The notes beneath the pieces are model-generated. The model ran no database searches. It saw only the letters and a list, made by a program, of their open reading frames with translations, and was not told the origin of the DNA. A program made the position numbers and the translations under genes. 59,178 bases of DNA from a virus (taxonomy: Duplodnaviria > Caudoviricetes): the IMG/VR virus record IMGVR_UViG_3300033146_002247, positions 1 through 59,178 of that record; one strand, given 5' to 3'. Within the stretch, counting starts at the first letter, position 1, and every line of letters starts with the position of its first letter. Shown here piece by piece: positions 1 through 8,308 of the stretch.

Positions 1-146
1 ATTTGTATTTAAACGTTTTTGATGACCTAAAGAAAACTACCAAAAAAATAGTGAAAAAATAAAAAATAATTAGCCCAATCTAAGTAGACAATTTTTGTAA
101 ACTTTAATAAAATGCGAAATTTTTATTAAAAAAATGAAAATAAAAT

Positions 147-173
147 TAAAGATTCTCAAAAAAATGTCGATAT
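147..173 (+). promoter_or_regulatory. sigma28 (FliA/SigD)-type promoter upstream of flagellin
   Basis: TAAA(147-150)-15 nt-GTCGATAT(166-173), one mismatch to the TAAA-N15-GCCGATAT consensus, 53 nt before the flagellin ATG. Confidence 0.8.
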
Positions 174-226
174 TATATAAAGAGATAATAAATTGTTTAT
201 TATCAAAAATAAAATAGAGGTGTACA

Positions 227-1111
227 ATGAGTATGAGAATTAATCACAATGTGTTAGCTATGACTGCACAAAGACATATTAGTCGGGCACAAAATTCACT
301 AGATTCTGCAGTTGGCAGATTATCAAGTGGTTTAAGAATTAATAATGCAAGTGAGGATTCGGCTGGTCTCGCGATTTCTGAAAAATTGCGTGCGCAAATA
401 GGTGGAATGAATGAGGCTGAAAGAAATGCTAACTATAACATAAATATGTTATCTACTGCAGAGGGTTCGCTACAAGTTATTGATGAAAAACTTATTAGAA
501 TGCGAGCCTTAGCAATCCAATCTTCTAATGGTGCGCTGGAAAATAAAGATAGAGAATATATTAATGTTGAATTTCAACAATTAAAATCAGAGATTACTAG
601 AATTGCAAAGGTAACAAATTATAATAATGTTAAGTTATTAAACGGAGATCTTTCAACAAATGCAGTAGGTTCAACTTCAGGTAACATGACTAGTGTTAAT
701 GATAACTCAAGTAATATTAAATTTCATATCGGTGCTAATGTAACACAAGGTGAAGATTATTATTTTGTGAACGTTGCCTCTGCAACAGCAGCTTCATTGG
801 GTTTATCCTCATCATCTGTAACTAACACATCAAATTCACAAACTGCAATTGATTTATTAGATGCTGCGATTGAGTCCAAAGATACTACAAGAGCATTTAT
901 CGGTTCAATGGTTAATAGGTTACAAAGTAATATTTTAGAACTTCAAATATCTAAAGAAAATGCACAGACCAGTGAATCAGCTATAAGGGATGCTTCAATT
1001 GCTGAGGAAATGAGTAATTTCACACGTGCAAATATCCTATTTAATGCTGGAATTAGTATGTTAGGTCAGGCGAACTCCTTACCAAATGCTATCGCTAGTT
1101 TACTAGGGTAA
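227..1111 (+). CDS. fliC: flagellin (short, D0/D1 with minimal variable domain)
   Basis: N-terminal MRINHN...RLSSGLRINNASEDSAGLAISEKLRAQI and C-terminal SESAIRDASIAEEMSNFTRANIL...MLGQANSLP flagellin motifs. Confidence 0.97.
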   Translation: MSMRINHNVLAMTAQRHISRAQNSLDSAVGRLSSGLRINNASEDSAGLAISEKLRAQIGGMNEAERNANYNINMLSTAEGSLQVIDEKLIRMRALAIQSSNGALENKDREYINVEFQQLKSEITRIAKVTNYNNVKLLNGDLSTNAVGSTSGNMTSVNDNSSNIKFHIGANVTQGEDYYFVNVASATAASLGLSSSSVTNTSNSQTAIDLLDAAIESKDTTRAFIGSMVNRLQSNILELQISKENAQTSESAIRDASIAEEMSNFTRANILFNAGISMLGQANSLPNAIASLLG

Positions 1112-1159
1112 TTTTATAAAACAAATACAAAAAATATGAACAAAGATAAATTTTCATTT

Positions 1160-1198
1160 ATGCACAGATAGTCTTCATTTATCCGATTATCTGTGCAT
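1160..1198 (+). other. stem-loop between fliC and fliS
   Basis: ATGCACAGATA...TATCTGTGCAT 11-bp inverted repeat without a long U tract. Confidence 0.6.
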
Positions 1199-1222
1199 TA
1201 CTAATAAACAAAAGGTGATAAC

Positions 1223-1624
1223 ATGAAATTAACAAATCCCTACCAACAATATTTGAATAATAAAGCAAATACCAATAAAGCAGAGTTAATGATTATTGTT
1301 TATGATTTTGCAATAACTAATTTAAAAAAAGCACAGACTTATATAGGAACTAATGAATACCAAAAGAAAGGTAATGCAATTGATAATTCATTTAAAGCAG
1401 TGTCAGAACTAATATTCAGCTTAGATAAGAGTACAGATAATAACACAGTATTGAACATTAGTAATAATTTGGAAAAAATATATAATTTCATTTTACGTTC
1501 AATATCAAGTGCGAATATAAATAATGATAAAGAAATATTAAACTCACCAATTCATATATTAACTGATATTAAAGATACTTGGTTAAAAGTAATAGATATA
1601 AACCGAAATGAGAGTATTTTATGA
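1223..1624 (+). CDS. fliS: flagellin export chaperone FliS
   Basis: NPYQQY, ELMIIVYDFAI, ELIFSLD, NLEKIYNFI, IKDTW motifs; directly downstream of flagellin. Confidence 0.92.
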   Translation: MKLTNPYQQYLNNKANTNKAELMIIVYDFAITNLKKAQTYIGTNEYQKKGNAIDNSFKAVSELIFSLDKSTDNNTVLNISNNLEKIYNFILRSISSANINNDKEILNSPIHILTDIKDTWLKVIDINRNESIL

Positions 1625-1851
1625 AAATAGCAAATAATTATATACCTACATATATACAAAATTATAAGTTTTCTAAAATAAATAAAATAAAAGATGAACC
1701 TAATAAGTCAGATGTTCTGGAAATTAGCGATTCTGCAATAAATAAAAATAAAAAATTTGGAAAAATATTAAATCAAATAGACGAAAAATTTTATCAGTCA
1801 GAGGATATTATCAATAAAGTATTAGATGAAATTTTAAAAACTATTATATAA
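1621..1851 (+). CDS. FlgM-like anti-sigma28 factor (putative)
   Basis: 76 aa; SDVLEISDSA and KILNQIDEKFY...IINKVLDEIL resemble the two conserved FlgM blocks; overlaps the fliS stop (ATGA). Confidence 0.6.
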   Translation: MKIANNYIPTYIQNYKFSKINKIKDEPNKSDVLEISDSAINKNKKFGKILNQIDEKFYQSEDIINKVLDEILKTII

Positions 1852-1862
1852 AGAGGTATAAA

Positions 1863-2342
1863 ATGGATGTGTTAGGATTATTAAAAATAGATGGATTACA
1901 TAAACAATTATATGTACAATCAGCAACAGATCAACTAATAGATGAAACAGATTTAAATTTGGTTGAATTAACAGGTTTTCAATTATTACTAAAAAATAAA
2001 ATAAATCATGCAATATTTTCTGAAATACCAAGAAAATCTACTGTAAGTGGAACTACTTTAACATTAAATAAACCCTTGGTTGGTTTTCAGCCATATAATT
2101 TAATTGGAAATTATGTATTATTAATTAAAACTGATTATTCTACTGAAATTGTTAAAATAATGGCTACAAATGACACATTTGATGTATTAACTTTAGAAAA
2201 TGCTCCTACCGGTGATGCAAATCCATTAGCAATTTTTACAGAATTAAATAGAGTCCCTGTTGAACAATTAAGTAATTTAAGTGTAAAACCAATTGTTTAT
2301 TCAACTAATAAATTTGGAATAAGAAATTATTACGAATTATAA
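1863..2342 (+). CDS. hypothetical protein, possibly virion-associated
   Basis: 159 aa ORF with GAGGT RBS, followed by a terminator. Confidence 0.5.
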   Translation: MDVLGLLKIDGLHKQLYVQSATDQLIDETDLNLVELTGFQLLLKNKINHAIFSEIPRKSTVSGTTLTLNKPLVGFQPYNLIGNYVLLIKTDYSTEIVKIMATNDTFDVLTLENAPTGDANPLAIFTELNRVPVEQLSNLSVKPIVYSTNKFGIRNYYEL

Positions 2343-2350
2343 AATAATCT

Positions 2351-2383
2351 AAGCTACTAGTATTATAAAAGTACTAGTAGCTT
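2351..2383 (+). terminator. intrinsic terminator-like hairpin
   Basis: AAGCTACTAGTA/TACTAGTAGCTT 12-bp stem followed by an AT-rich tail. Confidence 0.7.
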
Positions 2384-2402
2384 TATTAATAGGAGCTTAT
2401 AG

Positions 2403-2729
2403 TTGCAACATATATTAAATTTTAGTTATAAAAAGAAAAATATAAATGTTAAATATTTTTTATTCAACACAGACCTATCATTTCATATAGGTAAACCTTA
2501 TAACTTAACATCGAATGCTTTTGTATATGATAAAAATAAAGATGACAAAAATAGGTCTAATTTGAAACATATAATAAAAATCATCATATCTGCTTATGAT
2601 GAAATTAAACGAACCAATGGTTTTAAATTAGGTGAAATTATAAAAAAATATAAAATTGATGAAATGGCAGATATTAATGAATTAACCGATGAAATTTCCA
2701 ATTTATTAAAGGCTAAATATGATTTATGA
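2403..2729 (+). CDS. hypothetical protein
   Basis: 108 aa ORF, AGGAG RBS, TTG start, overlaps next gene. Confidence 0.5.
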   Translation: MQHILNFSYKKKNINVKYFLFNTDLSFHIGKPYNLTSNAFVYDKNKDDKNRSNLKHIIKIIISAYDEIKRTNGFKLGEIIKKYKIDEMADINELTDEISNLLKAKYDL

Positions 2730-3957
2730 AATTAATTATATACCAACAAAAGCTAATTCATATTTTATTGAACCTGACCGAATTGTTGATCTTAAGTTTA
2801 CTACTTCTATAAACACCCCTTTCATAGATTTTTCACTGACTTTAATTGATAATACAGCATCTGAAATATTTGATTTTATTAAAGGTGATAAAGTTAATAT
2901 TAAGATAAAAGGATTTAAAACTAATGGCGAACAAACCAATTATAATACTTTAGTTGAGTTGGTAGAACTAGATTTATTTGTTTATAAAATTAGTAGATAT
3001 TCCTCTGCTCTAAATGAACAAGATAAATTTATTTTACATTTAATAAGTGAACCGATATTTAACGCATATACTAAATATAATAGCAAAACGTATGAAAATA
3101 AATCTGCGACTGATATAATAAAAGATCAATTAAATATGATTAATTTAGAAACTAATGATTTTGATGAACCTACTACTAAATTTGAAATATTAACATTTCC
3201 ATTATGGACTACTTTTCATAACTTAACCTACATAACAGATCGAATGACTGATGGAAAATCGGGTTATTTGTTTTGGCAAGATATTGAAACTTTAAATTTA
3301 AACATTAAATCTATTCATAATTTATTTAAAGGTAATTTTGAAGATTATGTAAATAGTAAAACTTATCAAAATGGTGAATTGATTGAAGATGGTATAGGTT
3401 TAGTTGAAAATCAAGGTGGATTTAATATAGCAACTGAATTATCTATAACAAAAGATACTGATATTATAAAAATGTTGAATAATGGAATAGGTAAAACTAA
3501 TGTTATTAATTTTAATCTAAATGAGAACGAAATCTATTCAACTGATGAAACTATTACTGATAATTTATCAAGTACAGAGCATTTAGGCGATTATTCGATA
3601 TATACTAAAGATATAATCGGAACTAATGAAATTAATATATTTAATTACAATCTGAATGAATCAAGTGACGATTTATTAAAAATAAAATATTCACGACAAT
3701 TATTAAATGGCATAGAAGCACGTGCTGAATTATCTGGTGATATATTTAGAAAAGTGGGAATGAAAATTAAAGTTAATTTTAGACAAAAATTACCTAGATT
3801 AACTGATGAAAAAAGTGACTATTTAGAAAAATACACAGGGTATTATATTATTTCAGATATTCAACATTATATGACAATTTCAGAATACAATCAAGTTGTT
3901 ATTTTGAAAAGTGATAGTTTTTATAATGATGACCGAGATAATTTTATTAAATGGTAA
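2719..3957 (+). CDS. baseplate hub / tail protein (T4 gp27-like)
   Basis: 412 aa beta-rich protein; GYLFWQD and C-terminal KVGMKIKV...YTGYYIISDIQH pattern typical of contractile-tail hub proteins. Confidence 0.6.
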   Translation: MIYEINYIPTKANSYFIEPDRIVDLKFTTSINTPFIDFSLTLIDNTASEIFDFIKGDKVNIKIKGFKTNGEQTNYNTLVELVELDLFVYKISRYSSALNEQDKFILHLISEPIFNAYTKYNSKTYENKSATDIIKDQLNMINLETNDFDEPTTKFEILTFPLWTTFHNLTYITDRMTDGKSGYLFWQDIETLNLNIKSIHNLFKGNFEDYVNSKTYQNGELIEDGIGLVENQGGFNIATELSITKDTDIIKMLNNGIGKTNVINFNLNENEIYSTDETITDNLSSTEHLGDYSIYTKDIIGTNEINIFNYNLNESSDDLLKIKYSRQLLNGIEARAELSGDIFRKVGMKIKVNFRQKLPRLTDEKSDYLEKYTGYYIISDIQHYMTISEYNQVVILKSDSFYNDDRDNFIKW

Positions 3958-3986
3958 ATAAAAATACATTTAATAAATCTTTTTTC

Positions 3987-4015
3987 TTGACAAAACATAC
4001 AAAATTGGTTATATT
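3987..4015 (+). promoter_or_regulatory. sigma70-type early promoter
   Basis: TTGACA-N17-TATATT, repeated cassette. Confidence 0.85.
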
Positions 4016-4077
4016 ATATCTATAATAAAGAGAATGATAATTTATTAAAAAACAAAATAAATAAAAGGAGTTTTAAA

Positions 4078-4530
4078 ATGGATACTAATATTAATACAAA
4101 CAGAAAAGATAAATTCCAACCATTTATAAGAATTTATATGTTAGATACAGAAGGTAGACGTGAACCTGAACATGTTGGGTATTATCCAGTTAAATTAAAA
4201 GAGTTTGACATAATTATAGAAAAAGAATGGTTTACAAATAATGAATATCAAGCACTTAAATTTACTGAAGAAACAAAAGAAAGATTAAAATTGATACCTG
4301 AATTATCAGATAAAGGTATTATTGGACCTAGACAATTGGTTTGGGAATTTATTACCGAAGATGAAATAAAAAGTAAATTAATTACTAATAAAAATGAAAT
4401 CAAAAAAATAGAAAAACAAAACGAACAATTAAAAACATTATTGGGTAGAGGAATCGAAGAAAAACAAGAGTGGAAGTCTTTAAAAGAAAATGACTGGCCA
4501 GAAATTGTGTTTGAAGATAAAATGTTATAG
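4078..4530 (+). CDS. hypothetical early protein
   Basis: 150 aa ORF with AAGGAG RBS behind an early promoter. Confidence 0.6.
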   Translation: MDTNINTNRKDKFQPFIRIYMLDTEGRREPEHVGYYPVKLKEFDIIIEKEWFTNNEYQALKFTEETKERLKLIPELSDKGIIGPRQLVWEFITEDEIKSKLITNKNEIKKIEKQNEQLKTLLGRGIEEKQEWKSLKENDWPEIVFEDKML

Positions 4531-4564
4531 TTAACTCTTTTATAATTATTAAATAAATTTTTTC

Positions 4565-4593
4565 TTGACAAAACCTACAAAATTGGTTATATT
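4565..4593 (+). promoter_or_regulatory. sigma70-type early promoter
   Basis: TTGACA-N17-TATATT. Confidence 0.85.
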
Positions 4594-4638
4594 ATAATCA
4601 GATAAAGGAAATGAAAACCAAATAAAAAGGAGCATCAA

Positions 4639-4908
4639 ATGGATTTTACAAAATATGAACAACCAAGTGAATTATTTCCACCTAGAGATTTAAAAAAAGG
4701 TGAACGTCAGCAACAAATGAAAAGATACAGAGATGAAGTTAGAAAAAGAGAATTAATGTTCGACGAAGATGTTAAAAAAGACCTTGGTTTTGGTATTCTT
4801 AACACTGCGGATAAAATAATTGCCTATGCAAAAGTACATTCAATGTCAGAGGGTTACGAATCAGTTTATAAAACAATTGATGAATTACTGGAACTATTTC
4901 CAGTATAA
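4639..4908 (+). CDS. hypothetical early protein
   Basis: 89 aa ORF with AAGGAG RBS. Confidence 0.6.
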   Translation: MDFTKYEQPSELFPPRDLKKGERQQQMKRYRDEVRKRELMFDEDVKKDLGFGILNTADKIIAYAKVHSMSEGYESVYKTIDELLELFPV

Positions 4909-4913
4909 TTAAT

Positions 4914-4987
4914 GCTCCGGTAGCCAAGTAGTCTAAGGCATCATTCTGCAAAATTGATATTCGCGGGTGCAAATCCCGCCCGGAGCT
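4914..4987 (+). tRNA. tRNA-Cys(GCA)
   Basis: GCTCCGG/CCGGAGC acceptor stem, anticodon loop CTGCAAA, T arm GCGGG-TGCAAAT-CCCGC, U discriminator; no encoded CCA. Confidence 0.88.
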
Positions 4988-5020
4988 TCTACTTAATAAC
5001 AGGGTTAAAATTGGGTAAAT

Positions 5021-5290
5021 TTGATGAAAGTAACTGATTTTGAAATCGATAACATAAAAATAAAAATTTTAGAAAATTCAAAATATTTTAGTCAAACCTT
5101 ATTTTATTGTGCAGATGATTGTCAATATATAAAATTTGATAAAGTTGAGCAAAATTCATATTGTACAAAATTTAATAGATATTTAAGTTGGCAGGGTGCA
5201 GAAATAAAAGAACAATATTTAATTGAAAATGAGTGTATTGATTTTTGTGCCGATGAATTAAAAAATAAAGAATTAAAAAAGGAGCAATAA
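5021..5290 (+). CDS. hypothetical protein (4 Cys)
   Basis: 89 aa ORF. Confidence 0.5.
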   Translation: MMKVTDFEIDNIKIKILENSKYFSQTLFYCADDCQYIKFDKVEQNSYCTKFNRYLSWQGAEIKEQYLIENECIDFCADELKNKELKKEQ

Positions 5291-5291
5291 A

Positions 5292-5543
5292 ATGTTAAAA
5301 GATATTAAACCCTTATTAAGGAAAGGAATTGTTAAATTTAATTATAGTTATACAAATAAACCTGGATTGAGATATGCAAAGGGAACATTAGATACTAAAT
5401 TAATCCCTAAAGAATTTTTAAATAAATTAAATGGTTCGTTAGATTCTATTAGTAGGGAAGAAGGTGATTATACATTATATTTTGACCTTGATAGTAATGG
5501 TTGGAGAAAATTCTTGAATAGGAACCTTATTGAAGTTGAATAA
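5292..5543 (+). CDS. SH3/WYL-like beta-barrel protein (DUF2693-like)
   Basis: G.VKF.Y...G..R.A.GTL...YFDLD..GWR.F pattern. Confidence 0.7.
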   Translation: MLKDIKPLLRKGIVKFNYSYTNKPGLRYAKGTLDTKLIPKEFLNKLNGSLDSISREEGDYTLYFDLDSNGWRKFLNRNLIEVE

Positions 5544-5590
5544 ATAAAAGAAATATAAATTAAATATAAATTAAATATAAGGTAATAAAA

Positions 5591-5830
5591 ATGAAAATAA
5601 CTAAAAGTCAATTAAAAGAAATAGTAAATGAAGTATTGAACGAAGGTGGAATGAGTGACCAACATCTAAAATTTGTGGATAAATTAGTAGATGCTGATAA
5701 CGTTAAAGAGGTAAAATTACTTATTCAGAAAGATGTTTATAATTTTGTACAAACAAAAATAACTGATAAATTATTAAAGAAAATTGCTAATTCAGATGAC
5801 TATGAAGAAATTGCTGAATTGATAAATTAA
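5591..5830 (+). CDS. putative internal head protein, leader class A
   Basis: N-terminus MKITKSQLKEIVNEVLNE shared with 7 other ORFs; upstream ATAAATAA. Confidence 0.6.
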   Translation: MKITKSQLKEIVNEVLNEGGMSDQHLKFVDKLVDADNVKEVKLLIQKDVYNFVQTKITDKLLKKIANSDDYEEIAELIN

Positions 5831-5838
5831 AATGATTT

Positions 5839-5909
5839 TGCGGGATATATTAATGGTAGATTGTCGGGCTCATAACCCGTCGGTGGGTGTTCAATTCACC
5901 CTCCCGCTT
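5839..5909 (+). tRNA. tRNA-Met(CAT), initiator type
   Basis: anticodon arm CGGG-CTCATAA-CCCG with three G:C pairs, unpaired 1:72 (T/T), T arm GGGTG-TTCAATT-CACCC; no encoded CCA. Confidence 0.85.
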
Positions 5910-5932
5910 TTTTTATTAAAAGGAAAAATTAT

Positions 5933-6106
5933 ATGGATTTAATTTGTGATATATGTGAAACTAATATTTCTTTAGATGAATTATATAAAAATAAAAGTAA
6001 TATTAGAGGTCATAAAAAATGCTTGGAAAACGTTTTGAATAATGTAAATGAATCTGAAAAAGAACATTTTTCAGATATTAAAAAAATAAAATTGTTAATT
6101 GATTAA
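5933..6106 (+). CDS. small putative Zn-binding protein (not in ORF track)
   Basis: MDLICDICETN...GHKKC, 57 aa, AAGGA RBS. Confidence 0.55.
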   Translation: MDLICDICETNISLDELYKNKSNIRGHKKCLENVLNNVNESEKEHFSDIKKIKLLID

Positions 6107-6134
6107 ATACAATAAGAATAGGAATAAAAAAAAA

Positions 6135-6263
6135 ATGAAACCATCAGATATTAAACAAATAGTAAGAGAAGTTATAAATGAAGGTAAACCATACGAACCA
6201 AAATTTGGTGAAGATTGGAAAACTAAGATTATGTGGGGCTCATCAGAAATACCAATTAAATAA
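6135..6263 (+). CDS. 42-aa putative internal head peptide, leader class A (not in ORF track)
   Basis: MKPSDIKQIVREVINEGKPYEPKFGEDWKTKIMWGSSEIPIK*. Confidence 0.6.
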   Translation: MKPSDIKQIVREVINEGKPYEPKFGEDWKTKIMWGSSEIPIK

Positions 6264-6287
6264 AATACATAATATCTAATAAAGTCC

Positions 6288-6316
6288 TTGACAAAAGGAC
6301 TTTTTTTAGTTATATT
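6288..6316 (+). promoter_or_regulatory. early promoter whose -35 lies in a terminator-like hairpin
   Basis: AAAGTCCTT-GACAA-AAGGACTTT then T run; TTGACA-N17-TATATT. Confidence 0.85.
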
Positions 6317-6461
6317 AAATATAGATAAGAGAAATTTAATATAACTAAAAAAGGATAAAAAATGCTAATATATTTACATGGTTTTCGTTCTGCACCCACC
6401 CAACAAAGATTAGAAATATTAAAAAAAATTGATAAAAATGTAATCGCTCCTTTTATTGAAT

Positions 6462-7816
6462 ATAATATTCTTTTATAATTTTCTATAAAAAATCAATTTT
6501 TGATAAAGAAAATATAAAATAAAATGATGAAAATTTAATAAATAATTAAAAACGAGACTGATGAAAAAATCTACTAAAAATATTGTAAGGACTGTAAAAT
6601 TTTCTACTAAATTCACAAATAAAGATAAGATAGACTTATACACTAAAATATTTGTAGACTTTAAATTAGATTTACAAAGTTATATAGAAGATATTATAAG
6701 TGGAGTTTTACCTTTTAATTTTGGTGGATTACTTACAAGTAAATTGATTCCAAATAAAATAATTAAACACAGTCAATATAAACAAATTATCTACAAAACA
6801 GCTATAGAAATAATTAAATCTAACCTAGTTAAAACAAAGAACAAAACATTTAAAAGATATAGTAAAGTCTATTATAAAGCACATAAAAGAGGACGATTAA
6901 CTAAATTTCTTTCTAAAAAATATAGTGAACTAGATATAAATTTTCTACAAAGATTGGACAAAATAAATGTAGATAATGTAGGCATAAACTTAGACTCTAG
7001 ATTATTTGACATAGAAAAATCTAACGATGGATTGTTTAGTTATTTTATTAAAATAAAGTCACCTTACATAGTTAAAAATAAAGCAATTACTATAAAAATT
7101 CCTTTAAAATCTTACAAATATGCTAAGAAATTTATAAGTGATTTTTCTTTAAATAGTACCATACAGTTAAAAGAAAGTACAATTGGATTGGTCTTTAGTA
7201 AAGAATTACCTGACAAAAAAGTAATTAAAAATGTGGTTGGATTGGATGTCGGTTACAAGAAATTACTTGCTGATAACAAAGGTAATTTCTACGGACAAAG
7301 TTTACTTGAACTATACAATAAAATTAGTAACAAGGTACAAGGAAGTAAAGCTTTTAAACGATTACTAATACATAGAAATAATGAAATAAACAGATTTTGT
7401 AATAAATTTTTACTAGATAATGTAGAATTAAGTTTATTGGTTTTAGAGAAATTAAAGTCAGTAAAATCTAAAAGTAAAGGTAAAATTTACAAGAAAGTAA
7501 TGAACAAAATGCAACGATGGAGTTATCCATTAGTAATGACTAAGTTAGAGCGATTAAGTGAAACTAAAGGTTTTAGTTTACATTTTGTCAACCCTGCTTA
7601 TACAAGTCAACAATGTAGTAAATGTAGTATAATTTTAAAGTCGAACCGGAACGGAGAGACTTATAAATGTAATTGTGGTAATAACTTAGACGCAGATACT
7701 AATGCAGCTATAAACATTACTCGTAAAGGTACAGTTGAGTTAAACTTGATTTAGTTAAAACTTAACGATATAATTCCTTTAGCTACGAAAAGTCATTTTA
7801 TCATTTTTGATGGTAA
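6462..7816 (+). mobile_element. non-autonomous IS200/IS605-family (TnpB-only) insertion; boundaries approximate
   Basis: tnpB flanked by short hairpin-containing ends (TTTTATA..TATAAAA left, TATCA-TTTT-TGATG right), inserted in the esterase gene; no tnpA. Confidence 0.75.
6561..7754 (+). CDS. tnpB: TnpB RNA-guided endonuclease
   Basis: RuvC GLDVG, LVLEKL, DADTNAAINI; PAYTSQQCSKC...CNCG zinc ribbon. Confidence 0.92.
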   Translation: MKKSTKNIVRTVKFSTKFTNKDKIDLYTKIFVDFKLDLQSYIEDIISGVLPFNFGGLLTSKLIPNKIIKHSQYKQIIYKTAIEIIKSNLVKTKNKTFKRYSKVYYKAHKRGRLTKFLSKKYSELDINFLQRLDKINVDNVGINLDSRLFDIEKSNDGLFSYFIKIKSPYIVKNKAITIKIPLKSYKYAKKFISDFSLNSTIQLKESTIGLVFSKELPDKKVIKNVVGLDVGYKKLLADNKGNFYGQSLLELYNKISNKVQGSKAFKRLLIHRNNEINRFCNKFLLDNVELSLLVLEKLKSVKSKSKGKIYKKVMNKMQRWSYPLVMTKLERLSETKGFSLHFVNPAYTSQQCSKCSIILKSNRNGETYKCNCGNNLDADTNAAINITRKGTVELNLI

Positions 7817-8308
7817 AAGATAATTATAATTGAAGAAATTGAAGAAATTGTGAAAAATGCAAAGAATAATTTCAAAGATGAAAAAATTGTAATCGTAGGA
7901 AGTTCTTTAGGCGGTGCACTTGCTTATCAATTAGGACAAAAATATGGAATTTTACCAATTTTGATAAATCCATCATTAACGCCATCTAAAACTATTTCAA
8001 ATTTAAATAATAAAGTCTTAGAAAATTATGTAACCGGTGAAAAAGTATTTACTGGTAATTTATCGGAAAAAATGAAAAAATTTGATATTAATATTAAAAG
8101 TTATGGAATTGTATTATTGGATTTAGGTGATGAAATTTTAAATTCAAATTTTACATACGAACAATTTAAACCGAATCATAAAGTAATTACATTTACTGGT
8201 GGTAATCATAGGTTTCAGCATTGGAATGAAGCTATAAAAATTATAAAAGCTGAATTAAATTCAAATTATATTTTTTCATAGAATAAATAAAAGAAAAATG
8301 GTTAATAT

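Larger units (their letters stand above)
6362..8281 (+). pseudogene. YqiA/UPF0227-like alpha/beta esterase split by a TnpB element
   Basis: 5' piece 6362-~6466 MLIYLHGFRSAP...APFIEY; 3' piece ~7817-8281 IIEEIEEIVK...IVGSSLGG...LINPS...DLGDEIL...GGNHRF. Confidence 0.88.

Noticed and set aside
6561-7754. TnpB as a nuclease-dead TldR repressing host flagellin (as in described flagellin-remodelling prophages)
   Set aside because: All three RuvC acidic residues are present, it is 5 kb from fliC, and its right flank (presumptive guide) is the interrupted esterase; resemblance to the fliC leader is only AT-rich noise
6462-7816. IStron / group I intron allowing splicing of the esterase
   Set aside because: Non-coding ends of ~100 and ~60 nt are too short and show no recognisable group I core
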